From: Vicugna vicugna
Taxonomy: Eukaryota
Direction: 5' to 3'
Length of the DNA: 64,000 nucleotides
NCBI GenBank assembly: GCA_013265495.1
Contig: MU058781.1
Coordinates: forward strand, 10,521,009 to 10,585,008
A model generated the notes under the pieces. The model worked only from the letters and a program-made list of their open reading frames with translations. It ran no database searches and had not been told where the DNA came from. Each line of letters starts with the position of its first letter. Within the stretch, counting starts at the first letter, position 1. Shown in pieces: positions 1 to 11,899 of this stretch. Both the position numbers and the translations under genes were made by a program.

Positions 1-64
1 AAGCAGTGACCAGAGTCAAGTCTAGGCCACAACAAATGTTTGTTCCCAGCGTCTACCACATGAG

Positions 65-73
65 ACACACACA

Positions 74-108
<35 letters not shown>

Positions 109-156
109 ACAGACAGACAGAAAGACAGACAGACAGACAGATAGAGAGAGGGAGAG
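65..156. repeat. Compound microsatellite (AC)n-(AGAC)n-(AG)n
   Basis: Directly visible: AC run about 65-105 with one interruption, then AGAC and AG units. Confidence 0.95.
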
Positions 157-879
157 CGCCAGTCATGTTGTAGACATAGAGTGATTTGTGTGGGATTTTG
201 AGCCTCCCAGCCAAGTCCTGGAATGGAAGGAGAGATGCTTCTCTTGCATAAACCTGCTCTGGCCCTCATGGCCACATACACATATAGGAGAGGATGCTCT
301 AACATACTCACTAGTGCTTGCAGGGGCGTGACTGGACCCTGTCCTGTCCCACACTCAGTGTTCCCTGCTGTCCTTTATCATCTACTCTCTAAGGCCCAAT
401 CTCCACTGGACAAGAGAGACTAGAGCCAGAAGCATCCTATTGCCCTTGGCTTGTCCACCCTGATATCCAAGTTAGGCAGGTGAGATGAGCAGGTTAGATC
501 GTTTCTGAGCCACCTATGGTGGCTGTCCCCAGGGTTGAAAGTGACCCCAGACAGAGCTGTTGAGGATAATTCATAATAGACTAACTTAAAAATGTTTCAT
601 TTGAAAAAGGGGCATCCTATGAGTGTATAAGCTTCCAGAGACTTGGCTTAAGTTCATGGTCTCTATGTCCAGGCTTAGGCCAGAGGTCCAGCTACCAATG
701 GAAAAGGTGATGGTAATGGAGTATTAGGCATTCATTGCCAGGAGCAACTTAGATATTGCCAAGCTTGGTTGTAATTTGTAACCGTTTTCTAGGCCTATTC
801 AAGGATGGCAGGAAAGCATCCATTAGGAAGTGGGGTTTAATGAGTTTCAAGGGAAGAGTAGGAGTTGACTAGACTGAGG

Positions 880-1550
880 AGGTGGGATGAGGACAAGCAT
901 GGTGAGGACTGTGGAGAAGAAGGAGGGGAACCCACGAGGCAGGCCCTTGTACAGTGGTAAGAATTTGGTCGTTTATCCTCAAAGCAATGACAAGCTGTTA
1001 AAGCCACGTCTTCATATAAATATGATCACAAGAATGAAAACTTATCCACAATAAAGATCTGCTTAATAAAGTTAAGACGGTAAAACATTTCAAGTTTTCA
1101 TTGTGACACCTACTATGTGGTGCACAAGAGATAAAAATGTGACCAAACATGGCCCCTGATTTACAGAAGCTCCCACGCATGTGCAAGACATGGAAACATA
1201 TATATAACATCATAATATTTGTGTGTATTTGTAATAATAGAAGCACATGCAAAATTCCAAATTAACAGGAAAGATGGTGTCTAAGACTGCAAGTTTCGTG
1301 ACTACTCTGAGCACTTGATCTCTTGGGAGGGCTTTGAAAAATCAACAGGGCTTTTTTTCCAGACAGAGAGGCTGATGCAGGCAAGGGAACAGCATGAGCA
1401 AAGGAACGAGTGTACAGAGCAGCATGATGTGTATGTGTGTGGGAGTTGGGAGGTGGCTGTAAGTAACTTGGTATTTCAAGAGCACGAGGACAGAGGATGA
1501 CAGCAGATGAGGCTAGAGTTGTACCTCGGCATGCCAATAGAATGAAAACT
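880..1550 (-). mobile_element. Degenerate LINE-2 fragments
   Basis: L2-like purine-rich segments such as 'gtggtaagaatttggtcgtttatcctcaaagcaatg' and 'gcaagggaacagcatgagcaaagg'. Boundaries approximate. Confidence 0.55.
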
Positions 1551-3094
1551 TTCCTAAAACAAGCCAACAAGCAAAAACAAAAACAAAAACAAAGCACTGT
1601 TGAAGAAACACTGTTGGAAGGAAGAGGCAGAACAAGCTAGGTGATCAGATGAAACAGGAAACGACATGGATAGTATAACTTTCTGTCCCTTTAGGCAAAA
1701 TTGCTGTACTTAGGACACACTTTTACTTCTTTGCTCTGGGAGCTTCAGAGCCTTTGTATGTCTTATTCTGCCTTCTCTATCCTCCTCTCTATGCCTTTCC
1801 CCACCCCATCTTCTCAACTTAATTAGCTTCTATTCTTCTTTCAAAACCCAGAACTCTCTGGAGCTTTGAAAGAGGTATGGGGTGAGAGAATATTCAGCAA
1901 CCCTTCTTGCGTTTCTTTATCCCCTCTGAATGCTAATTTCCCACTCCTAATTTGTCCACAGAACACCTGATAGTCTTCCATTGTATTTCCAAATACTCCT
2001 GCAAAGAACCACCCCTGAGAACTTTATTGGCTACAGAGCACATACACAAGACCCTTGATCGTCTACCAAATGGATGTAGGGCATGCCTGTGATCAAACTA
2101 CTTCCTGAAGGTTATAGTGGCATGCCTTCATGAGTGAACAATGAGGAGCAGAGGTATCTGGGGAATTCTTGCAATTTTTAAAAGCATATAAACTACATTA
2201 AAAAATAAAATACAAGCTTTCCATCTTGATATGTATCACTTCCTTAACTCTCCGTTAGCCTCGTACCTTCAGGCAGGAAGGAAGAAATGCAATATTGGCA
2301 AAAAAATTCACTAGAATTGGCTGGGAATGATGTGTTTCTGGCACTCTGAGATACTTAACACCTTTCAGAATAGAGTTAAAAAATGCTTTGAAACGTTTCA
2401 GCAAGGCACACATGGAGAATATTCTTGATCCAGACAAGCTGTCAGCACTGTATTTTACCACTGCTGCTCCCCCCGCCCAATTCCATCGCTAAATATACTG
2501 TGTTATTCTCTCATGTGGGGTCAAAAGTCTACGATTCGGCTCTGGTTTCTGCCCTGTCTCAAGTAAACTTATTTGCAAATAATGTAGGAAAAGAGGTTTT
2601 TTTGTTTTTTTTTTCCCAAAAGAAACAAACATACAGATATGCCTGGACTTGCATTGGGGTTTAATTAGGCAGATAAAGATGATATTACATTGGCATCATT
2701 CTAGGACATACTCATGAGTTTAAAAGACAGGTTGAAATAAAATGTTTCTCTTACCTCATTCAGGATCATAGCACCTCTCTTTTAGAAAACTATCCTGAAA
2801 TATTTCACTCTAGTAATATTTTGAGATCTTGACAGTCTTGTGGTTTATTTTCAACAGGTGTATACCTTACCAGAGTCAGAACTGAAATCTAGTGTATTGG
2901 GGTCCATTCATTGAACTGGGCTACGTTTCTTAGAATGATGTGTTCAGAGTGTGGTGAGCAGCGCTTCAAACCTGAGCTGATAGATTTCGTCCGAATCTTT
3001 AATGCCAAACTTTTGGAAAATGATAAACAGATGGGAGTAATCAAATCAGACTGGACACAACTCGATCTGTTTTGATGAGCAGTTGTGATTTAAA

Positions 3095-3340
3095 GTAAAA
3101 AGAATGTTGGGCATGGAATCAGCAGACTTAGATGTGAATTTTAAGTCTGGTTCACTTATTAGATGCTTTATTTTGAGTAATTCACATAACCTCTCTGAAC
3201 TCCAGTACTCCCGGATGTAAAACGGTATAATTTTACCTATCTCAGAGTGGTTTTGTGAGGATTAATTTGCTTTAGCATCATAAAGTGCCTAACAATAGCT
3301 TGGGGTAGAGTAAGCTTTCAATAAATGATTGTTGAATCAA
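3095..3340 (+). mobile_element. MIR SINE
   Basis: MIR core 'ataacctctctgaactccagt...tgtaaaacgg...tgtgaggattaat' and 3' end 'gtaagctttcaataaatg'. Confidence 0.8.
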
Positions 3341-5007
3341 AACTGAATGAATCCAACCTGAATATTGGGAAGCATGTTTCTTTCTGGACAAAACTAAGAG
3401 AAAAGTGAGGGGCTGTGGCAGAGACAGGTGACTAGCCCTTGTTAGACAATGTGTTGAAATCTTGATACTGTGTTTACAGAATATCTACTCTACCTCAGGG
3501 TAAGGAAAGTCTTCCCCAGATCCGACCTTGAATTCTCCGTGTCATACTGGGCCACTCAGAGCCCAAGAAGCCTCCCCAGACTTGTGAAATTCTTTGTTTC
3601 AAGAACCAAGAGATGAGTTTGCATGGGGAAAAGAAAGAATTATTGCTTCAAAGCTTAATTAAATCTAATTCAGTCTTACTAACAATGACTGAATTCGTGC
3701 TTTGTACCAAGACTATACTACAAATAAATATGTATGTCAATAAATGTTTAACATAATGCTGTACAATGCAAAGAAAGTTGGTGCTGAAACAGAACAATAA
3801 AGTCTTCTTTGTTCATAAAGCTTTCTAGGAGAAGAAGTCATTTTGCATTTAGAGTAAAAGAACATAACCTAAAACATATGTAAAGAATAATACTGAATGT
3901 AAGAATAAACTATTAAAGATCTATTTGAACATAATCAAGGTTCTGCTAAGAAAAACTGTTACGGGAGATCTTGTGACTATAGCGCAAGTTTAAAACTCAA
4001 ATCTCAAAGTTTATATTTTCTTTCCTCTTTTTTCCTTCTCTCTCTCTCTCCTTCAACCTCTATCTCTCTATCTCAGAAAAGAAAACAATACAGATGGTTT
4101 TGAAACTGCAGTCTTCACAAAGCATTTCAGATTATTTTTCAGTGATACTGCTAAAAATATTGTGCATTTAGTTTTTATTTCATTTCATCAGCATGCCAAA
4201 AAATCACTCTGTAAGCATTAGAGATTTTCTCTCTGAGTTATTGAAAATAAATGCTAGTCCAATGGAAAATTGCAAACATGATACAATGCAAAGGCAATCC
4301 ATCTTAACACATGTTGTTCTGGTGTGCTGAACCATGTGAATTGGGCTCACGGTTTTATATACTGCAGGTATAAAAGCCCTCAGTACATTTGCTAGGAAAT
4401 ATAGAGGCAATTCAGGAGGGTACTTTGCTGCAGAGCGTGTATTTTATGTGTTTGTCTTCCTAAATCTTGCCAATAGTTACTGGTTATAAACCTCAGGATG
4501 AATTTGCAATAGATTTTTCTGTCTTTACTAGAAAATCAAATTGGCAAACCTCCTGGCCGGTAAGTAAGGTTTGGGAACTACCCAATCTTAGGGTTGGAAA
4601 TAACTTAGGCGTATATCCCTATGATTATTTCTTTTAAAATCAGGAGTATACCAATACTATAAGGGAGAGAAAGTGAAAGTCCTGCAGGATACATACCATA
4701 AACCAAGAGTGAAGATTGTTTCACATTCCCGAAGCAAGGGACGCATGCCTATTTTTACTATTATAACTGCCTTTACCCTCACAACCATCAAGTATATTTA
4801 GACTCTTTGGTGGAAGCTCAGACTTAGGGGGTACATCTTGGTTCAAACACAATGCTGTCAAATCCTGAGGAAGTTATTATTCTCTTGACTCATGAGTATG
4901 CAACTTACCAGCATGATTTTGGTGGCTGTTGAGTGTGATGCAGTATGTGATGTCCTGACCCAGTGTGGACCATCAGTCACTGTTAGTTCTTACACTCTGA
5001 TTAGAAA

Positions 5008-5150
5008 TTGCAATTATGTGAGGGGATGGATGTGTTATCTAACCCAATTGTGGCAATCATTTCACGATGTATATGTGCATCAAGTCATCACATTGTATAC
5101 CTTAAACATACACAATTGTCATATCTCAGTATGGCTGGGGAAAAAAGAAA
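5008..5150 (+). mobile_element. Old L1 (L1M-type) 3' end fragment
   Basis: 'atgtgaggggatggatgtgtt...atcatttcacgatgtatatg...catcacattgtataccttaaac' followed by an A-rich tail matches mammalian L1 3' termini. Confidence 0.75.
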
Positions 5151-5239
5151 ACAAATGTATAAAAACACTGATTTCACATTTTGAAAAAGGAAATTAATAA
5201 CTCATTCAAAGCACAAAAAAAGAAACATTTCGGCAAGGC

Positions 5240-5580
5240 AAATGTTGAGCACATACTTTGTGCTAGAAATGTGCCAGGTGCTAGGGATATAACTGGAAGA
5301 AATAACAGTAAGAAGAATTAACATTTACTGAAGAGTGATACCGACTAATCGAAACATTCTACATGTATTAAGTCCTTGCTTTCTGGGGACTTACAATTTG
5401 GTAGAGATACAGATGAGGAAATTAGCAGATGTAGTACAGTACGATGAGGGCTAAGAGAGAGTTGGCTCAAGGGCTTAAGGGGCAGATCCTCAGAGCTTGA
5501 GAGGAGCAAGAAGATTTCTTAGAGAAGATGGCATTGGTATGACATACTCACGGGAAAGAGATGCCCTTACCTTCTGAGCA
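5240..5580 (-). mobile_element. LINE-2 fragment
   Basis: 'tgttgagcacatactttgtg...tgtgccaggtgctagggata' and 'gacttacaatttggtagagatacaga' are typical of an antisense L2 3' region. Confidence 0.6.
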
Positions 5581-5675
5581 TTTGAGTGGAAGATGAAAAG
5601 TCTTAGCATTTGAAGCCGATGGCACACTCTGCCCAGACAAATGGTTATTAGATCATTAGAGGAAGAAGAGGAATC

Positions 5676-5679
5676 GTGC

Positions 5680-5710
<31 letters not shown>
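5676..5710. repeat. (GTGC)n/(TG)n microsatellite
   Basis: Directly visible. Confidence 0.95.
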
Positions 5711-6109
5711 GTGGAGAAATAGAGAATGCCCAGGACTGGCAGTAAATGGTATGGCTTCGTATGGACAGAATGTGTCCTCTATGAATTAAATAAATAACCA
5801 ATCAATGAGCAAATGAGTGAATGAATGAATGAATAAGAAAAGCTCTAGTAAACAAAAAGTTGAAGTTTTAGAACAGCAAATAGGTAATATATGCCATTTG
5901 AAGAAAGACTGGCTGTCTATTCTGGAAGCAAGGCCCCAAAAGTCACTTAAACACCACAATAAAGCCAACAAATGGATGTCCATGGTGAATGGTATTGCTT
6001 GTTTACAACTTTTTTGTTCACTCCCAACCCTTGCCATTACCTGCCCTCTCGTCTTTGATCTTGGCCATGACTCGCTTTGGCCAATAGGAGTCATCAGACT
6101 TAAAAGTGT

Positions 6110-6330
6110 TTAAAAGCAGAGGCTTTGGAGTCAGCCTTTCTCTGCCCCTTCCCTGCCAGATTATCTTGGATAAATTACTTGACTTTTCTAGACTTACCTT
6201 TTTTTTTTTTTAATTTTCACATAACAATGGTATTTTCTGCATAGGATGATAAAGATTTTGATAATGTAAATAAAGCATTTAATATATTTTCTGACAAATA
6301 GTAAATCGTTTAAAAATTAGACATCATTAT
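6110..6330 (+). mobile_element. MIR SINE (degenerate)
   Basis: 'agcagaggctttggagtcag...ttggataaattacttgac...ataatgtaaataaagcatttaa...atagtaaatcgtttaaaaattag'. Confidence 0.6.
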
Positions 6331-7832
6331 ATGATTATAATTCCTCCACCTCTACCTCAAGTGAAATTTTTAGAATATGTCATCCAAATTTCTTCTTGGG
6401 CCATTATATTTCTGGTGATATTTTTGGACCACCATGACTTTTAGTATCCCTGGGATGCTGAAACCCTGAGAAGTGCCAGGATTTCCACCCTTCAATTTTG
6501 GTTGACATGTAAGAGCCTCGAAATCCTTGATAATTGAAACATTTAATAAATAATGCTAAAATCTAGTAATCGTTAGATGGACTCTTGAGAAACCATAATC
6601 TCTGAAGTTAATTTTGAATTGCTGCTGTTTTAGAAACTTTGCAAAGGAGGAAAAAAGTGGCTATTGCTTTCTCTAAAGGAAATATTTCCCTCTGGCAAAT
6701 ACACTCTTGAATTGTATAACACCAGTTAATTTCAGAAAATGTCAGAGAGAAATGGTGTTAGCTCATTTGGCCCTCCACAAGAAACTATTTGGTCTAAGAT
6801 CAGGTGACTTAATGATTAAGGCTTTTTATTAACGTATATTCCTAGGCAGCCTCATGTAGCCACTACAAAGTAAGATTATGTTTCAGAAACATGGGTGTCT
6901 TATAATAAAGACGTTTTCTTCATGAGGTAATGTTCCTGAAATACGTGCTGGGTAATCCATGATCCACTAAATCCATGAGGTAATGGGTCTGAAATACATG
7001 CCATAAACCACAGAAATTTCCTGATGGGAAAACTGGACATGGATTATTATATTTCTCTGCATGTCAGAGCAGTCAAGATTCAGGAAGACTGAAACTATTT
7101 TTTTCCCTTTTCCCATTTTCTTTCACAAAGATAGACAAAATTAACATTTCCAATTATTTCAGAAGAAACAAGTTATTTATAAAAACTCTTCCTGCAAAGA
7201 AGGGAGAAATAACAATATGACAATTTGAAATACGGCACAAAGTATGTTGTGACAATACCCCCCACCCACAGGCACACATTTAATATGAGTTCCTACCTCT
7301 TAATTCAATTGCAGAAATGAGAAAAATTTTGCACTTTGAAAAAGCATTAACATAAACTCAAGACAATTGATTTCAAAACACATATATTTTTCCTTAGAAA
7401 GAGTCACTCCCTTACCAGTGAACAGTCTTTCTGTAGGCAAAAGAATGAAGCTACTTTAGACGCAAATCTATAAACATGCATAAACACATATTCAAGAATC
7501 TTAGTAACCAACTGGTTTAAACCCTTCATTTTGTAGATGATGAGACAAAGAGCTAAAATTTTTAAGTGCCATCTGTGGTGATTTTGAAATAAATCCGTAA
7601 TTTATTTTTTTGTATGATCCCCTCAAAAGATGGAGCCTAATTGTTCTGTTATTGAGAGAGAGAAAAATTTAGTGACTTACTTCTAAAAGAATAGAATGTG
7701 GCTGGAGTAACATTACAGGAATTTTGAGATCAGGTCAGAAATGGCGGTGAAATTTCCTCTGTGCCTGCCCTCCTGGATTGCCTGCTCTGGAAGAAGCCAA
7801 GCTCTTAGTCTTTATCAGTGAAGTCAATGGGA

Positions 7833-8421
7833 TGTGATGAGCAGAATTCTAAGATGGATCCCCAGCTTCCCACCTGCCAGTGCGCGTATCCTGGGTGATC
7901 CCCTCCACTGGTGTGTGGGCAGGACCTAGCAATATGTTTGGATATTACTCTCATGACCCAAGATATATGGAAAAGTGAAGGGATGGTTACCATGATGATT
8001 ACATTATGTTATTTAAGACTGTCATTGTAGGCAGTGGAGAGATTCTTCTGATGTCTTTGAAAAAGTAAGCTGCCATGTTATGAGAGGCCCAGGTGACTAG
8101 AGCATGAGGACTGCCTCTAGGAGCTCAGAGAGCTCTCTGGCTGACATCCAGCAAGAAGACAGCAACCTCATTCCTACAGCCATAGGAGCTGGATTTGAGA
8201 AACAATATGTATGTGCCTGGAGAAGAACCCTGAGCTCTAGATGAGAACACAGCCCAGCTAACATCTTGATTTTCAGCCTTGGAAGAGACCTCGAGCTGTG
8301 GACCCAATCTAACCTGTACCCTGAATCCTGGCCCATGGAAACTATGAGATAATAATTTTTTTGTTGATTTAAGCTATTAAGTTTGTAGTAATCTGTTATA
8401 TACCAATAGAAAACTAATACA
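7833..8421 (+). mobile_element. MaLR solo LTR (MLT1E-like) nested in the MLT1F-like LTR
   Basis: TG...CA termini: 'tgtgatgagcagaattctaagatgg' to 'caatagaaaactaataca', with a full MLT1 internal layout. Confidence 0.8.
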
Positions 8422-8597
8422 GAAGGAACTGAGGTCTCCTGCCAATAACTGGTATCATGTGCGTGAACCATCTGGGAAGTGCATCCTCCAACCCCAGTCA
8501 AGCTCTCAGAAGACTGCAACCCTGGCTGACACCTTAACTGGAACCTCATGAGAGGCCTTAAGCTAGAAGCAGCCAGGCTGGGCTGCTCTACTAGCCG

Positions 8598-9164
8598 TGT
8601 TTTTTACATTTTATGATGTTTTGACATCTTGAGGGCATTTGGCTGGAGAGAGACTACCCCTCCCAGGGCTAGCTAATTCCTAGAGGTATTGAACAACATG
8701 CCTGCAAGCACAAAAACACATTTCATATGCAAACCAAGCAATCCTGAGTCCATATCTCTAACCACCTCCTCCTTAACCACCTCCTTAGTGTAACTCTCCC
8801 AAACACCAAGTCAACATTTCCACTGCCCTATATCAACCCAGGGCTAAGTACCAGACAACTGGAGACTACCCTCTATAGCCCAGAGCCCACTGACATTATT
8901 CCACTAGTTAGCCCTAAGCTGTGTCCCTTGCCCTGCATTGCCTTTCTCACAGGAAACACAATAAAGTCTCCATGCCATACATTCTCCTTGTCCTGCTTCT
9001 GCTTTCTGACTGACTCTGGAGCTTCTCCATGTGACCCTGCATGGAATGACATACTCGCTTCTCTTGGGAAATCTAGGTAATACATCCTCCTCTCAATTAA
9101 CCTCTCTGTGTTGTCTCTGAATCGCCGACATAAATTAATACCCCATGAGTACTTATTTTAAACA
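8598..9164 (+). mobile_element. ERVL-class solo LTR (MER74-like)
   Basis: TGTTTT...AAACA termini. Motifs 'ttttgacatctt', 'cccctcccagggctagctaattcctagag', 'ttcatatgcaaacc', 'gtaccagacaact' and 'cacaataaag' match the recalled MER74 consensus. Confidence 0.75.
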
Positions 9165-9349
9165 TGGCAGCTCCCTAATTTCTAATCCACAACAACTATG
9201 TGAGATAATCAATATTTACTTCTATTTTAAGCTGCTAAGGAGTAACTGGTTCCACAGCAATGGACAACTAATACACCACCTTTGCCACTGTTCATTAGCA
9301 GAGCCAGAGAAGAAAGTCCAGGTTTTTGATTCTCCCAAATGTAGGGTAA

Positions 9350-9590
9350 AATAGTGAAAGAAACATAGGCTCTGAATGCAGACAGATCTTAAAGTTGAAA
9401 TAAAAACTCTGCTGCCTATTTTCTTTTTGAGTTTGGTAAATTTCCCTTAATATCACTGAGGCTCAATTTCCTTGTCCTTAAACTTGAAATAATACCCAAA
9501 TCATCAGTATTTTATGAGATTTTTGAAAACCAGCAAGATAAAGCTTATAAAGGGCTTTGCATAAACTTGAAATTCAGTAAATGTTAGTTC
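9350..9590 (+). mobile_element. MIR SINE
   Basis: 'tagtgaaagaaacataggctctgaatgcagacagatct...ctgaggctcaatttccttgtc...aattcagtaaatgttag'. Confidence 0.7.
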
Positions 9591-10384
9591 TTTTTTCTAA
9601 TCTGGTGTTCTCTCGATTGTCATTATAAAACCCAAAATTAATAATCAATTGCTGATATAAAGACGTTTTGTCAGTCCTAAGATCTCTGACAAAATGTCTT
9701 TGTATAAGCAAGTAACATTTGAAGATAATGGTAAAGGATTGCGACAGAAATCAGAAGAAAGGAAGTAGCAGCAGATCAACATGCATATGAACAAAAAGAC
9801 AAGTCACCATCACCATCTTAAAAAGTTTCAGTGTCCCTTTGAGAATGTTTTATAACCCTAGGTTGCTGAAGCGAAAGGAGCCAGGTAGTTCAGATAGAGC
9901 CCAAGCATTGTACACTGTTCAAAAAAAAAATATATATATATATGGAAAAGGAGGTAGAACAGTGTGTTCTGTTTTTTCTGCACATCTCCTATCCATTGAT
10001 AAGACCCCCATCCTTATCTTCCTATCTTTTCAGTGATCCACTCTTTTCCGAGATATATTATGTAATAAAAAAATGGACAAACGCCAGGTAGTCCACTTGT
10101 ACATCCCTCCATCTAATAAATCATGTCAGTAAGATGTACCAAAGATGCCTCAAGGAGTTTATATCTAGTTGAGAATGAAGTTATAATATAGATAAAAGTA
10201 AAAACAAAAACCGTGAGATTGATGATTAAATCCCAAATGGGTGCTTCGGGTTGATTATTTTGAAATGGGATATTCTCCAAAATCTGAATTAGTTTTGATA
10301 TTTATCTTTTCTTCAATGTGGGAAACATGGAAATAATCAAAGTCCCTACACTATCCACAAAATCAATTCTTCTCTCTTGGTTTG

Positions 10385-11590
10385 TGCTATAAAAGAAGCT
10401 TTTGCTTAACCAAATGCCAATTTTTTTCCAGTGCATTCAAAGTTTTATAGTTTTTAATTTAATGTTTAGTAAAATGATCCATTTGACTTAATTTTTGCAT
10501 ATAATATAGAGTAAGTATGAATATTTAATTGTTCCAGCACCATTTGTTGAAAAGCTACTCCTTCCCTATTGATTTACCTGGGCAACATTGCCAAAAATCA
10601 AATGATCATATGTGTTTGGGTCTGTTTTTGAACTATTTTGTTCTTTTGATCTATGTATCTATCCTTATGTCAATACCATACGGTCATGATTACAGTAGCT
10701 TTATCATGAGTCCTGAAACCAAGTTTGTTCATCTTGTTAATTCTCCTGCATGTTTTTTGTAGGAGGCATTTGTTTGCTTGGATTATGAATGATACTCCTT
10801 TTGTAGCTATAGGACTGTTCAGATTATCTATTTCTTCTTGACTGAAATTTGGTAGTTTGTTTCTTTTACAGAATCTGTCCATTTTATCTAAACTACTGAG
10901 TTTATTGTCTCAAAGTTTCCATAATATTCCTTTATTGTATTTTTAATGTCTGTAGAATCTATAGTGATCGCTTTCATTTCCTTCCTGATATTAGTCATTT
11001 TTTGTCTTCTCTTTTTCTCTTGATCTGCCTAGCCAGATCCACTGATCTTTTCAAACATCAGTTTAGCTTTCACTGATTTATTCTATTAAGTCTAGAAAGC
11101 AGAAGTTTTTCTCATTTTATCTTAATTGTTTTCTCCACTCTGCTTGCTTTGCATTAAATTTGTTCATGTATTTCTAGGTTCTTAAGGTAGTGTCTTAGGT
11201 ATTTAGTTTCAGAGCATTATTTTACATTCTAAGGAAACATTCGATGATGTAAATTTCTCAAAAGACTGCATTAACTTTATTTCATAAATGCTGATATACT
11301 TTGTATATTTTTATTTGGTTCAAATTTTTTGTAAATTATCCTGTAATTTTCACTTTGAATCATTGGTTATTTAAAGTGAAGTAGTTGATTTTCAAATATT
11401 AGATGATTTTCTAGATATCTTTTCTGTTATTGATTTCTAATTTAATTCCCATTGTGACCAGAAAGCATCATTTTTGTGTTTGTGTCACTACCATCTTTTA
11501 AAATAGACTGGCACTTGTTTTATGGCCAAGTGTATGGTTTTAGAAAATATTCCATGTGCACTTGAAATATTTGTGCCTTTTTAAATGAGT
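10385..11590 (-). mobile_element. Old L1 ORF2 remnant with a large internal deletion
   Basis: ORF 10670-10882(-) 'MDRFCKRNKLPNFSQEEIDNLNSPI' resembles the ORF2 linker 'MDKFL..YNLPRLNQEEIESLNRPI'. It joins near 10740 to C-terminal ORF2 ('KATVIMTVWY'; 'ttccagcaccatttgttgaa' is antisense FNKWCW). Confidence 0.85.
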
Positions 11591-11899
11591 GTTAGTATTT
11601 GAGTTTTAGTTTTTAAGACTTATTTTTCCCTTCCCTGATGCTGATTGAAACATTAAAAAGGGATGGAGTATTTTGGCGAAAGAAGAATCCTATAATGTTA
11701 AAATGGCAGCTGATGTATTGTTAAAAAAAAAACTCACTGGCTAATTTAAAACAGCAATCTCCTGACTGAAAGTTAGGTGGGTAAATGGGGATATTTTTCA
11801 CCCCTGTGTATAGCAGGAGGGAGATGTATGAAAGAAGGCTTGGTGGAAAGGCACTGGAAATTGTGATTAATAACATATAAAAGTAGTTTTATTAAACAC

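Larger units (their letters stand above)
7574..9275 (+). mobile_element. MaLR solo LTR (MLT1F-like) split by two later LTR insertions; host pieces about 7574-7832, 8422-8597 and 9165-9275
   Basis: Starts TGTGGTGATTTTGAAAT...'gatggagcctaatt', resumes 'gaaggaactgaggtctcctgccaa', ends '...cagcaatggacaactaataca'. Flanks CCATC (7569-7573) and CCACC (9276-9280) form a 4/5 TSD. Confidence 0.8.

Noticed and set aside
8097..8549. Longest ORF (150 aa, minus strand)
   Set aside because: It lies wholly in antisense MLT1 LTR sequence and spans a nested-insertion junction, so it is a chance open frame.
6905..9669. Shared 13-mer ATAAAGACGTTTT at about 6905 and about 9657
   Set aside because: Repeated 13-mers are expected by chance in a 64-kb AT-rich window.
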